A stretch of 61,905 bases of DNA from Nitrosopumilales archaeon. GTDB lineage: Archaea; Thermoproteota; Nitrososphaeria; Nitrososphaerales; Nitrososphaeraceae. The position numbers and the translations under genes were made by a program. The notes beneath the pieces were generated by a model. That model saw only the letters and a program-made list of their open reading frames with translations. It was not told the origin of the DNA and made no database searches. Positions 21,799-32,567 of this stretch are shown one piece after another; the first letter of the stretch is position 1, and the number at the start of each line of letters is the position of its first letter. The stretch lies in the NCBI GenBank assembly GCA_009665115.1, contig WJXE01000001.1, positions 1 through 61,905 on the forward strand. The letters run 5' to 3'.

Positions 21799-22653
21799 TC
21801 AGACTTCTATGAGCTTACTCTCGTCAAAAGACATCGAATTAAACCAATTATATCTGAAGAAATCAAGACACCATTCATGGAATATACCATTATCGACCTG
21901 TAAGCCACTGCTATAGAACACAGAATTCATGTCTGTCTCATGTTTCAAAGTAGGAAACATTACCGTTGCCTGATTTTCGCTTAAAACGACAGCCACTTGT
22001 ATTTTATCCACCATTCTTCTCTCTACCACACCTTTCCTCATCAATTCTTGATAACCAGAATTTTTGAGAATCTCAGCTCTATTCTTAGGTACAATGGCTT
22101 TTTCCGGTAATATATAATTAAATTTGACACCTTCATTCCTTATTTTTGGCATGATGGCTTCAATCAGGTCTAAAGGGATTTGTGGTAGCATTCCATAAAT
22201 ATATTCAGACGACCGATTGTATAGCTGTTTCCATAATTCAATAACGCCGACTAGGCCACTGACATATTCGGAGTTATCTAACGCACCGATCCGGTGGATG
22301 AACTTCATAGGAATTTCGCCGAAAATGTGTTCGGAAAAGTAACTTCTATTTCGTGAAAGAAATCCAAAGGTTGAAGTTTGAGTTATAATCGCCTTTCCGA
22401 ACGTTGTTAAGGAAAATGTTCCTGCTGAATCTTTTTCGATCAAACCTGCATCCATTAGCCTGCTGAGATTCCGGTGGACTTCTTGCATGGTGACATTCAG
22501 ATCCTTAGATAGTTTCGCAAGCTTAGAATCGTGCTCGGTTAATTTGAAAAGAATCGAAAGTCTCTGCTCGCTGGCAAGCTCAAAAAATATTTGCTCCGTA
22601 TGCATTATGGAATCCGAATTAGTAAGGGGAGGGTTTCGTGTATCGTGTGCCAC
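21799..22653 (-). CDS. ArsR-like winged-helix transcriptional regulator
   Basis: FFELASEQRLSIL...HRNLSRL..AGLIEK...LT.FG; C-terminal WC.D.F.Y.W. Confidence 0.85.
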   Translation of the reverse strand: MAHDTRNPPLTNSDSIMHTEQIFFELASEQRLSILFKLTEHDSKLAKLSKDLNVTMQEVHRNLSRLMDAGLIEKDSAGTFSLTTFGKAIITQTSTFGFLSRNRSYFSEHIFGEIPMKFIHRIGALDNSEYVSGLVGVIELWKQLYNRSSEYIYGMLPQIPLDLIEAIMPKIRNEGVKFNYILPEKAIVPKNRAEILKNSGYQELMRKGVVERRMVDKIQVAVVLSENQATVMFPTLKHETDMNSVFYSSGLQVDNGIFHEWCLDFFRYNWFNSMSFDESKLIEV

Positions 22654-23057
22654 TAGATGACTACAATAATGTTCTTGGAATTATATTTTTCCCGTCCGTA
22701 ATTGCGATACTATAGCAGACCCCTAATAGGAGTTGCAGACTGACGATGAAATACAGAAGCATCAGCCTGCAATGATTCTTTGCATTTGCAGGTACCTGAG
22801 AAATGATACGAGGAAATATACTAATCAGAGGTACTACCGCTATCGCGCTTGTTTTCCTAGTCTAAAATGTAGAAATATATTTTACTGTTTCTTTATTTGT
22901 GCGAGTACGTCCTATTTTCGGTCAAGTCCGCTGGTAGGCTTTTTTTTATGAGTATGGTCCAACTCAAATAGGGGTACCTAAGGATCTTAATTTAGCTGCC
23001 ACATCCAGAAAATTTTACCGAGATGACAACTGTGGATATTTTGCTGGTTTTGGCACC

Positions 23058-24299
23058 TTAATGCGGCCACAACCATGGAAGCAACACAGCCATTACCACT
23101 ATCGCTGTCATTACTAACGTAACCAGTGTTGGGGCATTCTTCAATGTGCTCGGCCTTGATCTTATTCTATTTTCAATTAGCGACTTATAAAATTGGCCTC
23201 CATCTAACGGACCTATTGGCAGTGCGTTGAAAATTCCTACATTAAAATTGATAAACCATAACCAAAACAGCATATTAGCAACTAGGGGAAAAGCGGACCC
23301 CAACACGTTTGAATGATATTCATGGGCCATCAGATCAGAATAGGGAACTGAGCCTTGTGCCATGGTAGGAGGCAACAATAGGGCTATAGGATTGGAGCTG
23401 AAGGCATTCTTGTATCTGCTTAATACCTGGGTCGGATCCGGTGCTACATCTGTTATCGTGATACCCAAGATTCCCCGACCTGCCTCTACGAATTGCGGTA
23501 TAGGGACTGACCGGATTATCTGATGTCCAACCTTGTCTTTCCAAGTTATGTTAACGGTTTTACCCAGATTTGACCTAAGAAACTTTCCTAAATCATCCGT
23601 ACTGTGCACTTTCTGTCCTGCTACTGTCTCGATCACAGATCCTTTCGATAACCCGATCGAACCCGCAAGAGTGTGGTCTCCTACTCCTACAACTACAACC
23701 CCAGATTGATGTATAATGTTGGTTGAAATAGGAGTAAGGGTAGAGGTTATAAAGAATAGTGCAACCAGAGATACTACTGCAATTACCATATTGTTTAGTG
23801 GACCTGCAGTTAAGATCGCGCTTTTTTGCTTTAATGGAGTTCTTGATAACTCTTCTTGTGCAATATTAACAAAGGCCCCGATAGGAAATCCTAGAATTAG
23901 GACAAGTCCTGTCGACTCAATTTTAATATTGTGTACCCGAGCGACTATGCCATGGCCTGCCTCGTGTATTATAATCGTGACCACCAGCGCGATCCACCCA
24001 TATGTCCACGGTAGATATGGGTTCAATCCTGGGATAAGCAAGTTAGACTGCGGACCTATCTCACGCACTCCAGCCCTCACTGTCGAGTTTGAAAACAACG
24101 CAATCAATGACCCTATGATTAGAAATATTGCTAGTGCAGTTATGATGGGCATGAGATAAATATTAAATTTAGCATAGACTCTAGCTGCCTTTGTGTTTGC
24201 TACCTTCTCAAAAAAGTTCAAACCAAATGGTGTATGAACCAGTATGAGCGGAAATTTCACCTCAGCTCGAACTCTGTTCTTATTGTCCTGCTGTTCCAA
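23058..24299 (-). CDS. Site-2 protease (M50 family) with PDZ-like domain
   Basis: HEAGH, AGPLNN and FNALPIGPLDGG. Confidence 0.95.
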   Translation of the reverse strand: MEQQDNKNRVRAEVKFPLILVHTPFGLNFFEKVANTKAARVYAKFNIYLMPIITALAIFLIIGSLIALFSNSTVRAGVREIGPQSNLLIPGLNPYLPWTYGWIALVVTIIIHEAGHGIVARVHNIKIESTGLVLILGFPIGAFVNIAQEELSRTPLKQKSAILTAGPLNNMVIAVVSLVALFFITSTLTPISTNIIHQSGVVVVGVGDHTLAGSIGLSKGSVIETVAGQKVHSTDDLGKFLRSNLGKTVNITWKDKVGHQIIRSVPIPQFVEAGRGILGITITDVAPDPTQVLSRYKNAFSSNPIALLLPPTMAQGSVPYSDLMAHEYHSNVLGSAFPLVANMLFWLWFINFNVGIFNALPIGPLDGGQFYKSLIENRIRSRPSTLKNAPTLVTLVMTAIVVMAVLLPWLWPH

Positions 24300-24927
24300 A
24301 AGTACAAGATAATATATATCGACCGTATTTAAATTAAATCATGCTATTTCGATCACAAATCAAATTATATATATGGTGGATGAAATTAACTGGACTTGGC
24401 TACAGAAAAACTAAAACGGCCTATCTGAAGACGGCTGTGAAAAGTATGCATGACTGTGATGCCACTACGTTATCTTCTTTGTGGATGTCAATACTACCTT
24501 GACCCCAACTCTAGCACATATGCCGTGATATTCGATCCTACTTATATGCAGCTTCGGTGATTCCATTCGCACTACAAATAGCACATATGGTGAACATGAA
24601 CATTCGAAATATTCTCCAATGTTTCTTCGATGGAAGTGGTCAGTGGTTTATGACCCTTTAAAGCGTAAGCGGCGTGTAGCTCGAGACGCTTCACTCCGAG
24701 CGATTAATTGATTAAGAACAGTTTATGCGAATATTCGATGAAACAAAGAAACTAGTAGAGTTCTAGTAAGCATCAGCTGATCGAACTTGAGAGACGCTCT
24801 CAAACACTGTCAAATCAGATGCGAATCCCCTCTCATCCAAAGATAAACCCACAGCTAGGAAAAAGTTCTTCACACATGTACGTCGCTTTTATTGATTTGC
24901 TACTTTATTATATCCTGACTAGACCTC

Positions 24928-25650
24928 ATGTACCTAGATTTAGAATTGTTACAAGGAAGAGAAAACTCAGATGTTGCCATCAACTATGATTCAAAAAAGA
25001 AGATCGCCGAACCACCTCTAAATTTATTGTTTAACCCTTCTTTAGTTAGCAAGAAAGATGTTTGGGATATAGATATAAGTAAGCTTCTCGGACTTTTGCT
25101 AAATATTATTCACGCCTCCGGAAAAAAAGATCTCCGATTATGCGGAATTGCAGCTTTATCTTCATCGATGATACACCGTCTTAAAGTCGAAAGCATTTTT
25201 AGGCTAGAGAAAGTAGCTATGCAGAAGAAAACGATCATAGATCCAGTAAGTCATGATCCTGTAACAGATCTTAATGCGATTGAGCTTCCATTCAGGTTCG
25301 AATCAACGTACCCCGTATCTTTAGAAGAACTTCTTCAAGTGCTAGAGAATATGATCTTCGAGATCTCAAACCCGGATTCGAGGAGAAAAAAACTTACTAT
25401 CGAACCAGTACAAGGGTTTGACTTTGATCAATACTCTCAGAAATTTGAACAAATAATACGACAATATGAAGATAAGATTTTTGGTATCGTTAATGTAGAC
25501 CATGTGGTGATGTTTAGAATGCTTATTTCAAAAATGGGCGCATTAGAGGTTGCTAGGTACTTTATTGCATTACTTTATCTTGTGACTAAAGGAAAAATAA
25601 ATCTAGAACAGAGTGAGGAATCTGAAGACATAAAAATTACGATTAAGTGA
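24928..25650 (+). CDS. scpA: Segregation/condensation protein ScpA (kleisin)
   Basis: WDIDI, K.DLR..G.A.LS and F.ALLYL...G.I.L.Q; precedes scpB. Confidence 0.85.
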   Translation: MYLDLELLQGRENSDVAINYDSKKKIAEPPLNLLFNPSLVSKKDVWDIDISKLLGLLLNIIHASGKKDLRLCGIAALSSSMIHRLKVESIFRLEKVAMQKKTIIDPVSHDPVTDLNAIELPFRFESTYPVSLEELLQVLENMIFEISNPDSRRKKLTIEPVQGFDFDQYSQKFEQIIRQYEDKIFGIVNVDHVVMFRMLISKMGALEVARYFIALLYLVTKGKINLEQSEESEDIKITIK

Positions 25651-25697
25651 GCATGTATGCGAATTACTAAATCCACCAATAGAATAGGTAGGCGAAG

Positions 25698-26303
25698 TTG
25701 AGGAGTTCTCTCCCAGCTGAGGAAATCACTGCGAGAATCGAAGCTGCATTATATTCAGCGGGTCGGCCCTTGTCAATTGAAGAGTTGGTAAGAGCATCTG
25801 GAACCAATTCAAAATCAAATACAAGGAAAGTAGTTAACGAATTAATTAAAAAAACAAAATCCGTTTTCACGGCCATAGAGATAACTGAGTTAGCTGATGG
25901 AACTTTCGTGCTTCAATTAAAACCTGGCTATACACCCCTAATCAGAAAATTTGCGCAGCGTCCTTTAATTCCAACATCGGCTCTTAAGACATTGTCGTAC
26001 ATTGCATATGAACAACCTGTGACTTCGAAACGTCTCATGCAGATTAGAGGAAGTCAGGTATATGCCCATCTTAGAACCTTGAAGCAAATGGGATTCATCG
26101 AGCTCGAACAACTCGGACGGTCAAAAACATACCGAACTACAAAGAAGTTTCGAAGTTATTTTGGGGTAACAGACCTTGAATCTTTAAGAAATTCGCTACT
26201 AACGACGCCCAATAATCAGAGTAAAAATAATAAACTAACACATCGTAACAACCTAATGATCGCCGCGACAGCATCACCGATGGAGGAAGCGGAAAGGTCT
26301 TAA
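25698..26303 (+). CDS. scpB: SMC-Scp complex subunit ScpB
   Basis: IEAALYSAGRPL, LKTLSYIAYEQPVT, IRG and TTKKF..YFG. Confidence 0.95.
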   Translation: MRSSLPAEEITARIEAALYSAGRPLSIEELVRASGTNSKSNTRKVVNELIKKTKSVFTAIEITELADGTFVLQLKPGYTPLIRKFAQRPLIPTSALKTLSYIAYEQPVTSKRLMQIRGSQVYAHLRTLKQMGFIELEQLGRSKTYRTTKKFRSYFGVTDLESLRNSLLTTPNNQSKNNKLTHRNNLMIAATASPMEEAERS

Positions 26304-26332
26304 TAAGAGGAATATACTTATGGCGATTACTT

Positions 26333-26716
26333 ATGCGTAAGTCATTAGAAAACCTAGCAGGACGTAAAGCTTCTGGCGGTCGTCGGGTTGCGTCGAGAGC
26401 TAGACGGAAATTCGAACTGGACAGATATCCAAACGAGGCTATCGCAGGTACTACCATAACAACTACCAGGAGGACGAGAGGAAACAACATAAAGACGGCT
26501 TTAAAATCCGCAGAAACCGTGAATGTCTTGGATCCGAGTTCAAAAAAAACGACTAAATTGGCGATAATACGCGTAACAAAGAATCCTGCAAACAAAGATT
26601 ATGAGAGGAGAGGGGTGATTAGTAAAGGCGCGTTGGTGGATACAGAAGCCGGGACCGCAAGGGTAGTCTCGCGTCCAGGTCAAGATGGCAGTGTTAATGC
26701 AATTCTAATAAAATAG
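26333..26716 (+). CDS. rps8e: 30S ribosomal protein S8e
   Basis: RK.SGG, RGNN.K, NPAN..Y.RR.VISKG and SRPGQDG.VNA. Confidence 0.97.
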   Translation: MRKSLENLAGRKASGGRRVASRARRKFELDRYPNEAIAGTTITTTRRTRGNNIKTALKSAETVNVLDPSSKKTTKLAIIRVTKNPANKDYERRGVISKGALVDTEAGTARVVSRPGQDGSVNAILIK

Positions 26717-26822
26717 TAATTTCAAATTCTCATCATAGGTTAATTTTTGGTACGTTACGATCATCGAACAAGAGAGAAAGCCAGATATTTAATTGTTGGA
26801 TAGATAGAGACAGTGATTAGGC

Positions 26823-27599
26823 GTGGTATCTATTCGGCCGTTGTATCCTCACCCAGCACTACTACTCGAAGAGGAAAGGACTGATATAAAACGCACATAT
26901 CTCGTGGTATCCGACTTACATATCGGATTTGAGGGTGAGCTGAACCTACGAGGAGTCACCGTTGACTCGAGATATTCTCTCAATACGATGCTTGAAGAGT
27001 TACGACACCTTATCAAATCAAATCAGTTATACGGCGTAATATTACTCGGTGACGTAAAGAGCACCATACGATCCATAAGCAAACAAGAATGGAACCAAGT
27101 CCCGGAATTCTTCAGAATACTCTCTGGACACGCGAGCATTTACGTAGTACCAGGTAATCATGATACCTACGTTCGGTTCTTAATCCCGCAGAATATTAAT
27201 ATTATGAGCGTCAAAGGCATGGTCATGGAGGAGACCTTGTTAGCGCACGGCCATACGATGCCATCCTCTGCTAGAGCATCGATAAAAAGAATTGTAATGG
27301 GGCATATCCATCCGGTTTTCTCGAGATGCAATAGCGTTATCAACGGGCGACGGATATGGCTGTATCTTAAAGTGAAGAGAGAGATGATATTCCCTGGAAC
27401 TGTAGGAACGCTCGACATCATAATCGTGCCCTCATTTAATAAGGACGTACCGATGATTCATAAACGGTACGCTAAATCAATTTCGCCAATAATCAACAGG
27501 GCACTTCAGCATAACGCGATTGAACAGGCAATGGCTGTAACACTAGATGGTTCAATAGTTGCTGATGACCGTAACGTGGTGGCAAGGCTATTATCATGA
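26823..27599 (+). CDS. Calcineurin-like metallophosphoesterase
   Basis: DLHIG, LGD, GNHD, HGH and GHIHP. Confidence 0.9.
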   Translation: MVSIRPLYPHPALLLEEERTDIKRTYLVVSDLHIGFEGELNLRGVTVDSRYSLNTMLEELRHLIKSNQLYGVILLGDVKSTIRSISKQEWNQVPEFFRILSGHASIYVVPGNHDTYVRFLIPQNINIMSVKGMVMEETLLAHGHTMPSSARASIKRIVMGHIHPVFSRCNSVINGRRIWLYLKVKREMIFPGTVGTLDIIIVPSFNKDVPMIHKRYAKSISPIINRALQHNAIEQAMAVTLDGSIVADDRNVVARLLS

Positions 27600-27656
27600 A
27601 CCTGTTTTGTACTAATGATAAGAATAACGAGATGTAATTTCAACGGCTGCTATTGT

Positions 27657-30600
27657 TCATAATTTAACATAATCCCGCATAAAAGTCAATGTTGGAGTAT
27701 TTGTCATTAACCATTCGAGAGTTTTGATGAACGAATTCGCTGCTTCCAACGTAGTTAGGACAGGGACGCCCATCTCAACAGCTTTTCTTCTAATTTGATA
27801 TTCGTCATACAACATTCCAACATACTTCTCAATTGTAGATGTTGACGGGATATTTATAATAAAATTAATTTTGTGTTCAAACAGCAAATCTGAAATATTG
27901 GGTTTTCGGTCCGGCTCGCTAATCTTGTAAACCTCCTGGATGTTTTTGAAGTCATTACTTACCAGGAATTCAGCTGTATGCTCTGTTGCCATTATATTGT
28001 ATCCCATTAGTGAAATAAGTGAAATCAACGGCAACAATTTTTCCTTATTTTTCTGGCCCCCGATAGTAATTAGTGCTGAACCCGATAATGGGAGTTCGTA
28101 TCCTGCGGCGGTATACGCCTTAGACAATGCATCGTAAAAACTGATCCCAAAGCATGCTACTTCGCCGGTAGATTGCATTTCTACGCTAAGCACTATGTCA
28201 GCTCCTTCAAGTTGCATAAAAGAAAATTGTGGGACTTTGATTCCGAATCCTGAAGTCTTTAACCAGAGATCTTTCGCGTTTTTCGGAAGAGCCCTGCCAG
28301 TCATCGCCCTTGCAGCAATATTTATTAGATTTATTCCTACAAATTTTGACACAAAGGGCATTGATCTTGACGCTCGGATATTTGCTTCTATTACCAATAC
28401 TTCATCGTCCTTGATGAGATATTGAATGTTAAAAGGACCCCTAACATTCAACGCTCTACCTATTCGACTTGAATAATCCACTAATGTCTCAGTAGTTTTT
28501 CGGTCAAGTCTCCAAGGGGGTATACACATAAGAGCATCTCCAGAATGTATACCCGCATTATCAATGTGTTCTATTATAGAACCTATAAGAACTTCATTGG
28601 TACCTCCTACAGCATCCACTTCCACTTCCGAGGCGTCCTGTAAAAATTTGCTGATAACTATTGGGAAATCAGGACTAACTCTTACAGCATCTGTCAAGAA
28701 TTGCTCTAATTGTTGTTCCGCCCACACAATTTTCATGGCTACGCCGCTGAGAACATACGACGGTCTAACTAAAACAGGATAGCCGACAGTTTCTGCAAAT
28801 TGTTTGGCTTTTGATATGCTAGTAAATTTTTTCCACGCGGGTTGCTTAATGTTCAATGAATCTAATAATTTTCCAAATTTTTCTCTATCCTCAGCTCTAT
28901 CGACGTCCTGGCTCCTCGTACCAACTATATTAATTCCTTGTTTGGCTAGCTTGGGAGCAACGTTATTCGCCGTCTGTCCTCCTACACAAGTTACTATCCC
29001 AACTGGTTTCTCTTTTTCAAAAATGTCCATTATTCTTTCAAAGGTCAACTCTTCAAAGTATAATCTATCAGAAATGTCATAATCTGTAGAAACGGTTTCA
29101 GGATTGCAATTAATTATTGAAACATCAGGGACTCCATTTTCTTTTAGACCCCAGACTGTGTTTACTGTTCCCCAATCAAATTCCACGCTACTCCCGATCC
29201 GATAAGGGCCGGCGCCAAGTACGAGGACGCTTCTCTTAGATCCCGTTTCCACCAAGATGTCATCATTCTGGCCACCATAGGTCAAATATAGGTAGTTTGT
29301 TTTTGCAGGCCACTCGGCAGCGAGTGTATCGATCTGCTTTACCACAGGTTTGATTCCAAACCGGTGTCTCAAACTCCTTATCTTTAGTTCGTCGATGCCT
29401 AGACATCTTCCTATTTGCTTATCTGAAAAACCAATTTTCTTTGCTTCTTTTATAATATCTTCATCAAAGTCGGATTGTTGTCGTAATCTATACTCCATAT
29501 CAATTATGTTTTTAATTCGGATCAAAAACCATGGATCTATCGCTGATAGCATGGTTATTTTTTGTAAAGTCATCCCAGCTTTCATCGCTTTGACAACGTC
29601 AAATATAATCTCGTCAGTTGGATGGAGCAATGCTTGTTCCATTGTTTCTGTATACTCCGTACTACCTTCCCCCCCTTCCTGTGTTTCATCCTCTTCTCCA
29701 TTTCCCTGCGCTGGAAAGTTTGGCAAATTGGGTCTGCCTGCGGCTGAAACATAGTTCTGACTTTTTTTGTCTTCATCAGGATTGGCGACAAGGCCATCTT
29801 TTCCTATTTCAGACATCCTAATTGCTTTTTGTAAGATTTCCTCGAAACCTCGTCCGATGGCCATCACTTCACCGACTGATTTCATTGTGCTTCCGAGTTT
29901 ACGTTTCACGAGCTCAAATTTACGAAAATCCCACCGAGGCATTTTGAGGACTACGTAGTCTAATGAAGGTTCAAAACATGCAGTTGTCGCCTTGGTAATA
30001 CTGTTAATCAACTCCGGTAGAGAATATCCCAGTGAAATCTTTGCAGCCATATATGCAAGTGGGTATCCTGTCGCTTTACTGGCGAGCGCGGAAGATCTCG
30101 AAAGCCTTGCGTTTATTTCTATAACGCAGTACTTTGGAGACGTCGGATCAAGTCCGAACTGAACGTTGCATTCTCCAACAACCCCACAATAAGCCGTCGC
30201 ACGCAGAGCTGCCGAGCGTAACAAATGGTATTCAGAATTATTCAAGGTTTGCGACGGCGCTACGACGATATTATCCCCAGTATGCACACGCATTCCCAGG
30301 ATGTTTTCCATATTGCAAACAATAACACTATTTCCTTTTCTATCTCGCATTACTTCGTATTCAATTTGTTTCCAGTCTCCGACATACCTCTCGATTAGGA
30401 CTTGTCCAACCATACTGAGTGATAATCCACGCCGTACAATTTCTTGAAGGTCGTACTCGTTGTAAGCAACACCGCCCCCTCGTCCAGCTAGCGTATAAGC
30501 TACTCGAACGATAACTGGATAACCAATCGCTCTGGAAACTTTGGATGCCGTTTCTAAAGTGTACGCAGCGGCGCTAGGTAAAACAGGCACACTACTTCTT

Positions 30601-31032
30601 ATCATGGCGTCCTTGAATAGCTGCCTATCCTCAGTTATCTCGATGCCCTTTATTGAAGTACCCAGAATGTTGATCCCATATTTTTTCAGTATTCCAAGCT
30701 TGTGAATCGCAACGCCGCAATTGAGGGCAGTCTGTCCTCCGAAGCCTAGCATAATGGAATCTGGCAGTTCAGCTTCAATGACTTTTTCAACGTAGCTGGC
30801 GTTAATTGGTAGTAGGTATACTCTGTTTGCAAACCTTGTGTCTGTCTGAATGGTCGCAATATTGGGATTAATTAGGACGCTTTTGATGCCATCTTCTTTT
30901 AAAGCCTTAAGGCATTGTGAACCGGAGTAGTCAAAATAACGGTCAGAACGTCTGACTTTCGCCTGCTTCTCCGATTTTAATTGCCCCGCTTCCGAGAACA
31001 AGAACTTTTTTTATTGTTTCATGTTTTGGCAA
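27657..31032 (-). CDS. carB: Carbamoyl-phosphate synthase large subunit; inferred two exons, 31032-30958 and 30935-27657
   Basis: TTG start after GAGGAGG gives MPKHETIKKVLVLGSGAIKIGEAGE. After the 22-nt insert it continues FDYSGSQCLKAL...NPNIATIQTD, with two ATP-grasp domains and an MGS domain. The ORF-track N-terminus (31001) is an out-of-frame artefact. Confidence 0.95.
30936..30957 (-). other. Candidate 22-nt bulge-helix-bulge (BHB) mRNA intron in carB
   Basis: mRNA reads GGCG-AA^A-GUCAGA-CGU-UCUGAC-CGUU-AU^U-UUGAC; excision at the canonical BHB positions gives GGC GAA UUU GAC UAC (GEFDY). Confidence 0.8.
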
Positions 31033-32270
31033 ATTTCCTCCTCTTTAGTGGTTTTTTTCTTCCTCGCCGCAGACATCTTCACTTTTGGGTTATTATTATT
31101 ATTCTCATTGTTACTTTCAGTTGTTTGGGCAGATGATGACCTTCTGTTGAAATCGTCAAGTAATTCTTTGAATCTATCAAAAACAAATATACAGTCATAA
31201 GGTCCTGGAGACGCTTCTGGATGAAATTGTACCGCAATTATCGGTTTAGATTCATGCTCAATTCCCTCTACTGTATGGTCATCTACATTTGAAAACCATA
31301 CTTTAAAGCCCGTACCGTTTAGGCTCTTAGGCTCAATTCCATAACCATGATTCTGGCTAGTGATGTAAGCACGATTACTTCGTAAATCTATGCAAGGCTT
31401 ATTCTGTCCTCGATGACCGAATTTTAATTTGTAGGTATCAGCTCCTGCTGCCAATGCTAGAATTTGGTGTCCAAGACAAATTCCCAAAGTCGGGACTGAT
31501 GCCCTGATAAGCTCGCCTGCAGTTTTGATTGCAGTTTTGCAAACTTTTGGATCCCCCGGACCATTGCTAATTACGATGCCCTTTGGTTTGTGCAGCATCA
31601 CTTCTTCAAAAGATGAATCCCACGGGAGACGCACGACCCTGAATCCTATCCTGAGAATATTACGTATAATGCTGTTTTTTGTGCCGGTATCCAATAGTAC
31701 AAGGGTATCCCTTGCTTCATCGCCATACACGCGTGGAATACTTGTCGAAACTTCAGGCATAAAATTTTGTTGACCGTACGGCTGGTTTTTTATAAGGCCA
31801 GACAATCTTTTTCGTACGTCAATTTCTGAGTTAGCCGCCACGCCTTCTTGAACAGCCCAAGTGCTGATAGCACCCATCATCACTCCATTAATTCTCAGTT
31901 TCTTCGTAAGTTCTCGAGTATCTATATTACATATTCCTGGAATCCTTTGGTCGTATAGCCATTCATCAAGCGTTTTGACACAACTCCAATGACTTGCTAC
32001 GATCGATAGGTCGTGAATTATTAAGCCTCTGATTTGGATTCTATCAGATTCAAAGAACCTAGGCAATCCAAATTCGTCAGAGTCTTCGATACTCGGAACA
32101 CCATAATTTCCAATTAGTGGATATGTTAGACATAATATTTGACCGCGATATGAAGGGTCTGTAAGTGTTTCCGTGTACCCAACCATACCCGTGTTAAAAA
32201 CGACTTCGCCAGCAATATCAGCAGGATACCCGAAACCAATCCCGTCGAATATGCTGCCGTCCTCTATCAT
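31011..32270 (-). CDS. carA: Carbamoyl-phosphate synthase small subunit
   Basis: GEVVFNTGMVGY.E.LTDPSY.GQI, SNGPGDP, GICLGHQ and QFHPEASPGP; true 5' end uncertain; overlaps the carB start. Confidence 0.97.
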   Translation of the reverse strand: MIEDGSIFDGIGFGYPADIAGEVVFNTGMVGYTETLTDPSYRGQILCLTYPLIGNYGVPSIEDSDEFGLPRFFESDRIQIRGLIIHDLSIVASHWSCVKTLDEWLYDQRIPGICNIDTRELTKKLRINGVMMGAISTWAVQEGVAANSEIDVRKRLSGLIKNQPYGQQNFMPEVSTSIPRVYGDEARDTLVLLDTGTKNSIIRNILRIGFRVVRLPWDSSFEEVMLHKPKGIVISNGPGDPKVCKTAIKTAGELIRASVPTLGICLGHQILALAAGADTYKLKFGHRGQNKPCIDLRSNRAYITSQNHGYGIEPKSLNGTGFKVWFSNVDDHTVEGIEHESKPIIAVQFHPEASPGPYDCIFVFDRFKELLDDFNRRSSSAQTTESNNENNNNNPKVKMSAARKKKTTKEEEICQNMKQ

Positions 32271-32567
32271 GAGCTTGCCTTGGTCGCCAAAGTACGACCG
32301 ACGAAGTGTTGGAATTTTTGATCCTTAGCAACTCTTCGGGACTACAAATTTAAGTTTTGCTCTTGATTCGTATTTCGTTGCTATAGCCTCCCATCGTTCG
32401 CAACATATGTCCGATAAACCATATCATAGAATCTGTCTTGCGTCAGTAGGCAAGCTCAATTCGCTGACATTTCTTGTCAGATCCTCATATCCCTGGTAAT
32501 TAGGACGGGGCTTGGCGGAGCGTTCGATCATTAACTAAATATATAATAGCTTGATTCACCCACTTGG

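Noticed and set aside
30936-30957. The carB insert as an IS footprint or tandem duplication
   Set aside because: No target-site duplication or copy of flanking sequence; the boundaries match BHB cut positions instead
30958-31001. ORF-track CarB N-terminus MFSEAGQLKSEKQAKVRRSDRY, or a ribosomal slip on the A7 run at 31006-31012 into that frame
   Set aside because: Either would discard the conserved VLVLGSGAIKIGEAGE motif, which is intact in the upstream frame with a good RBS
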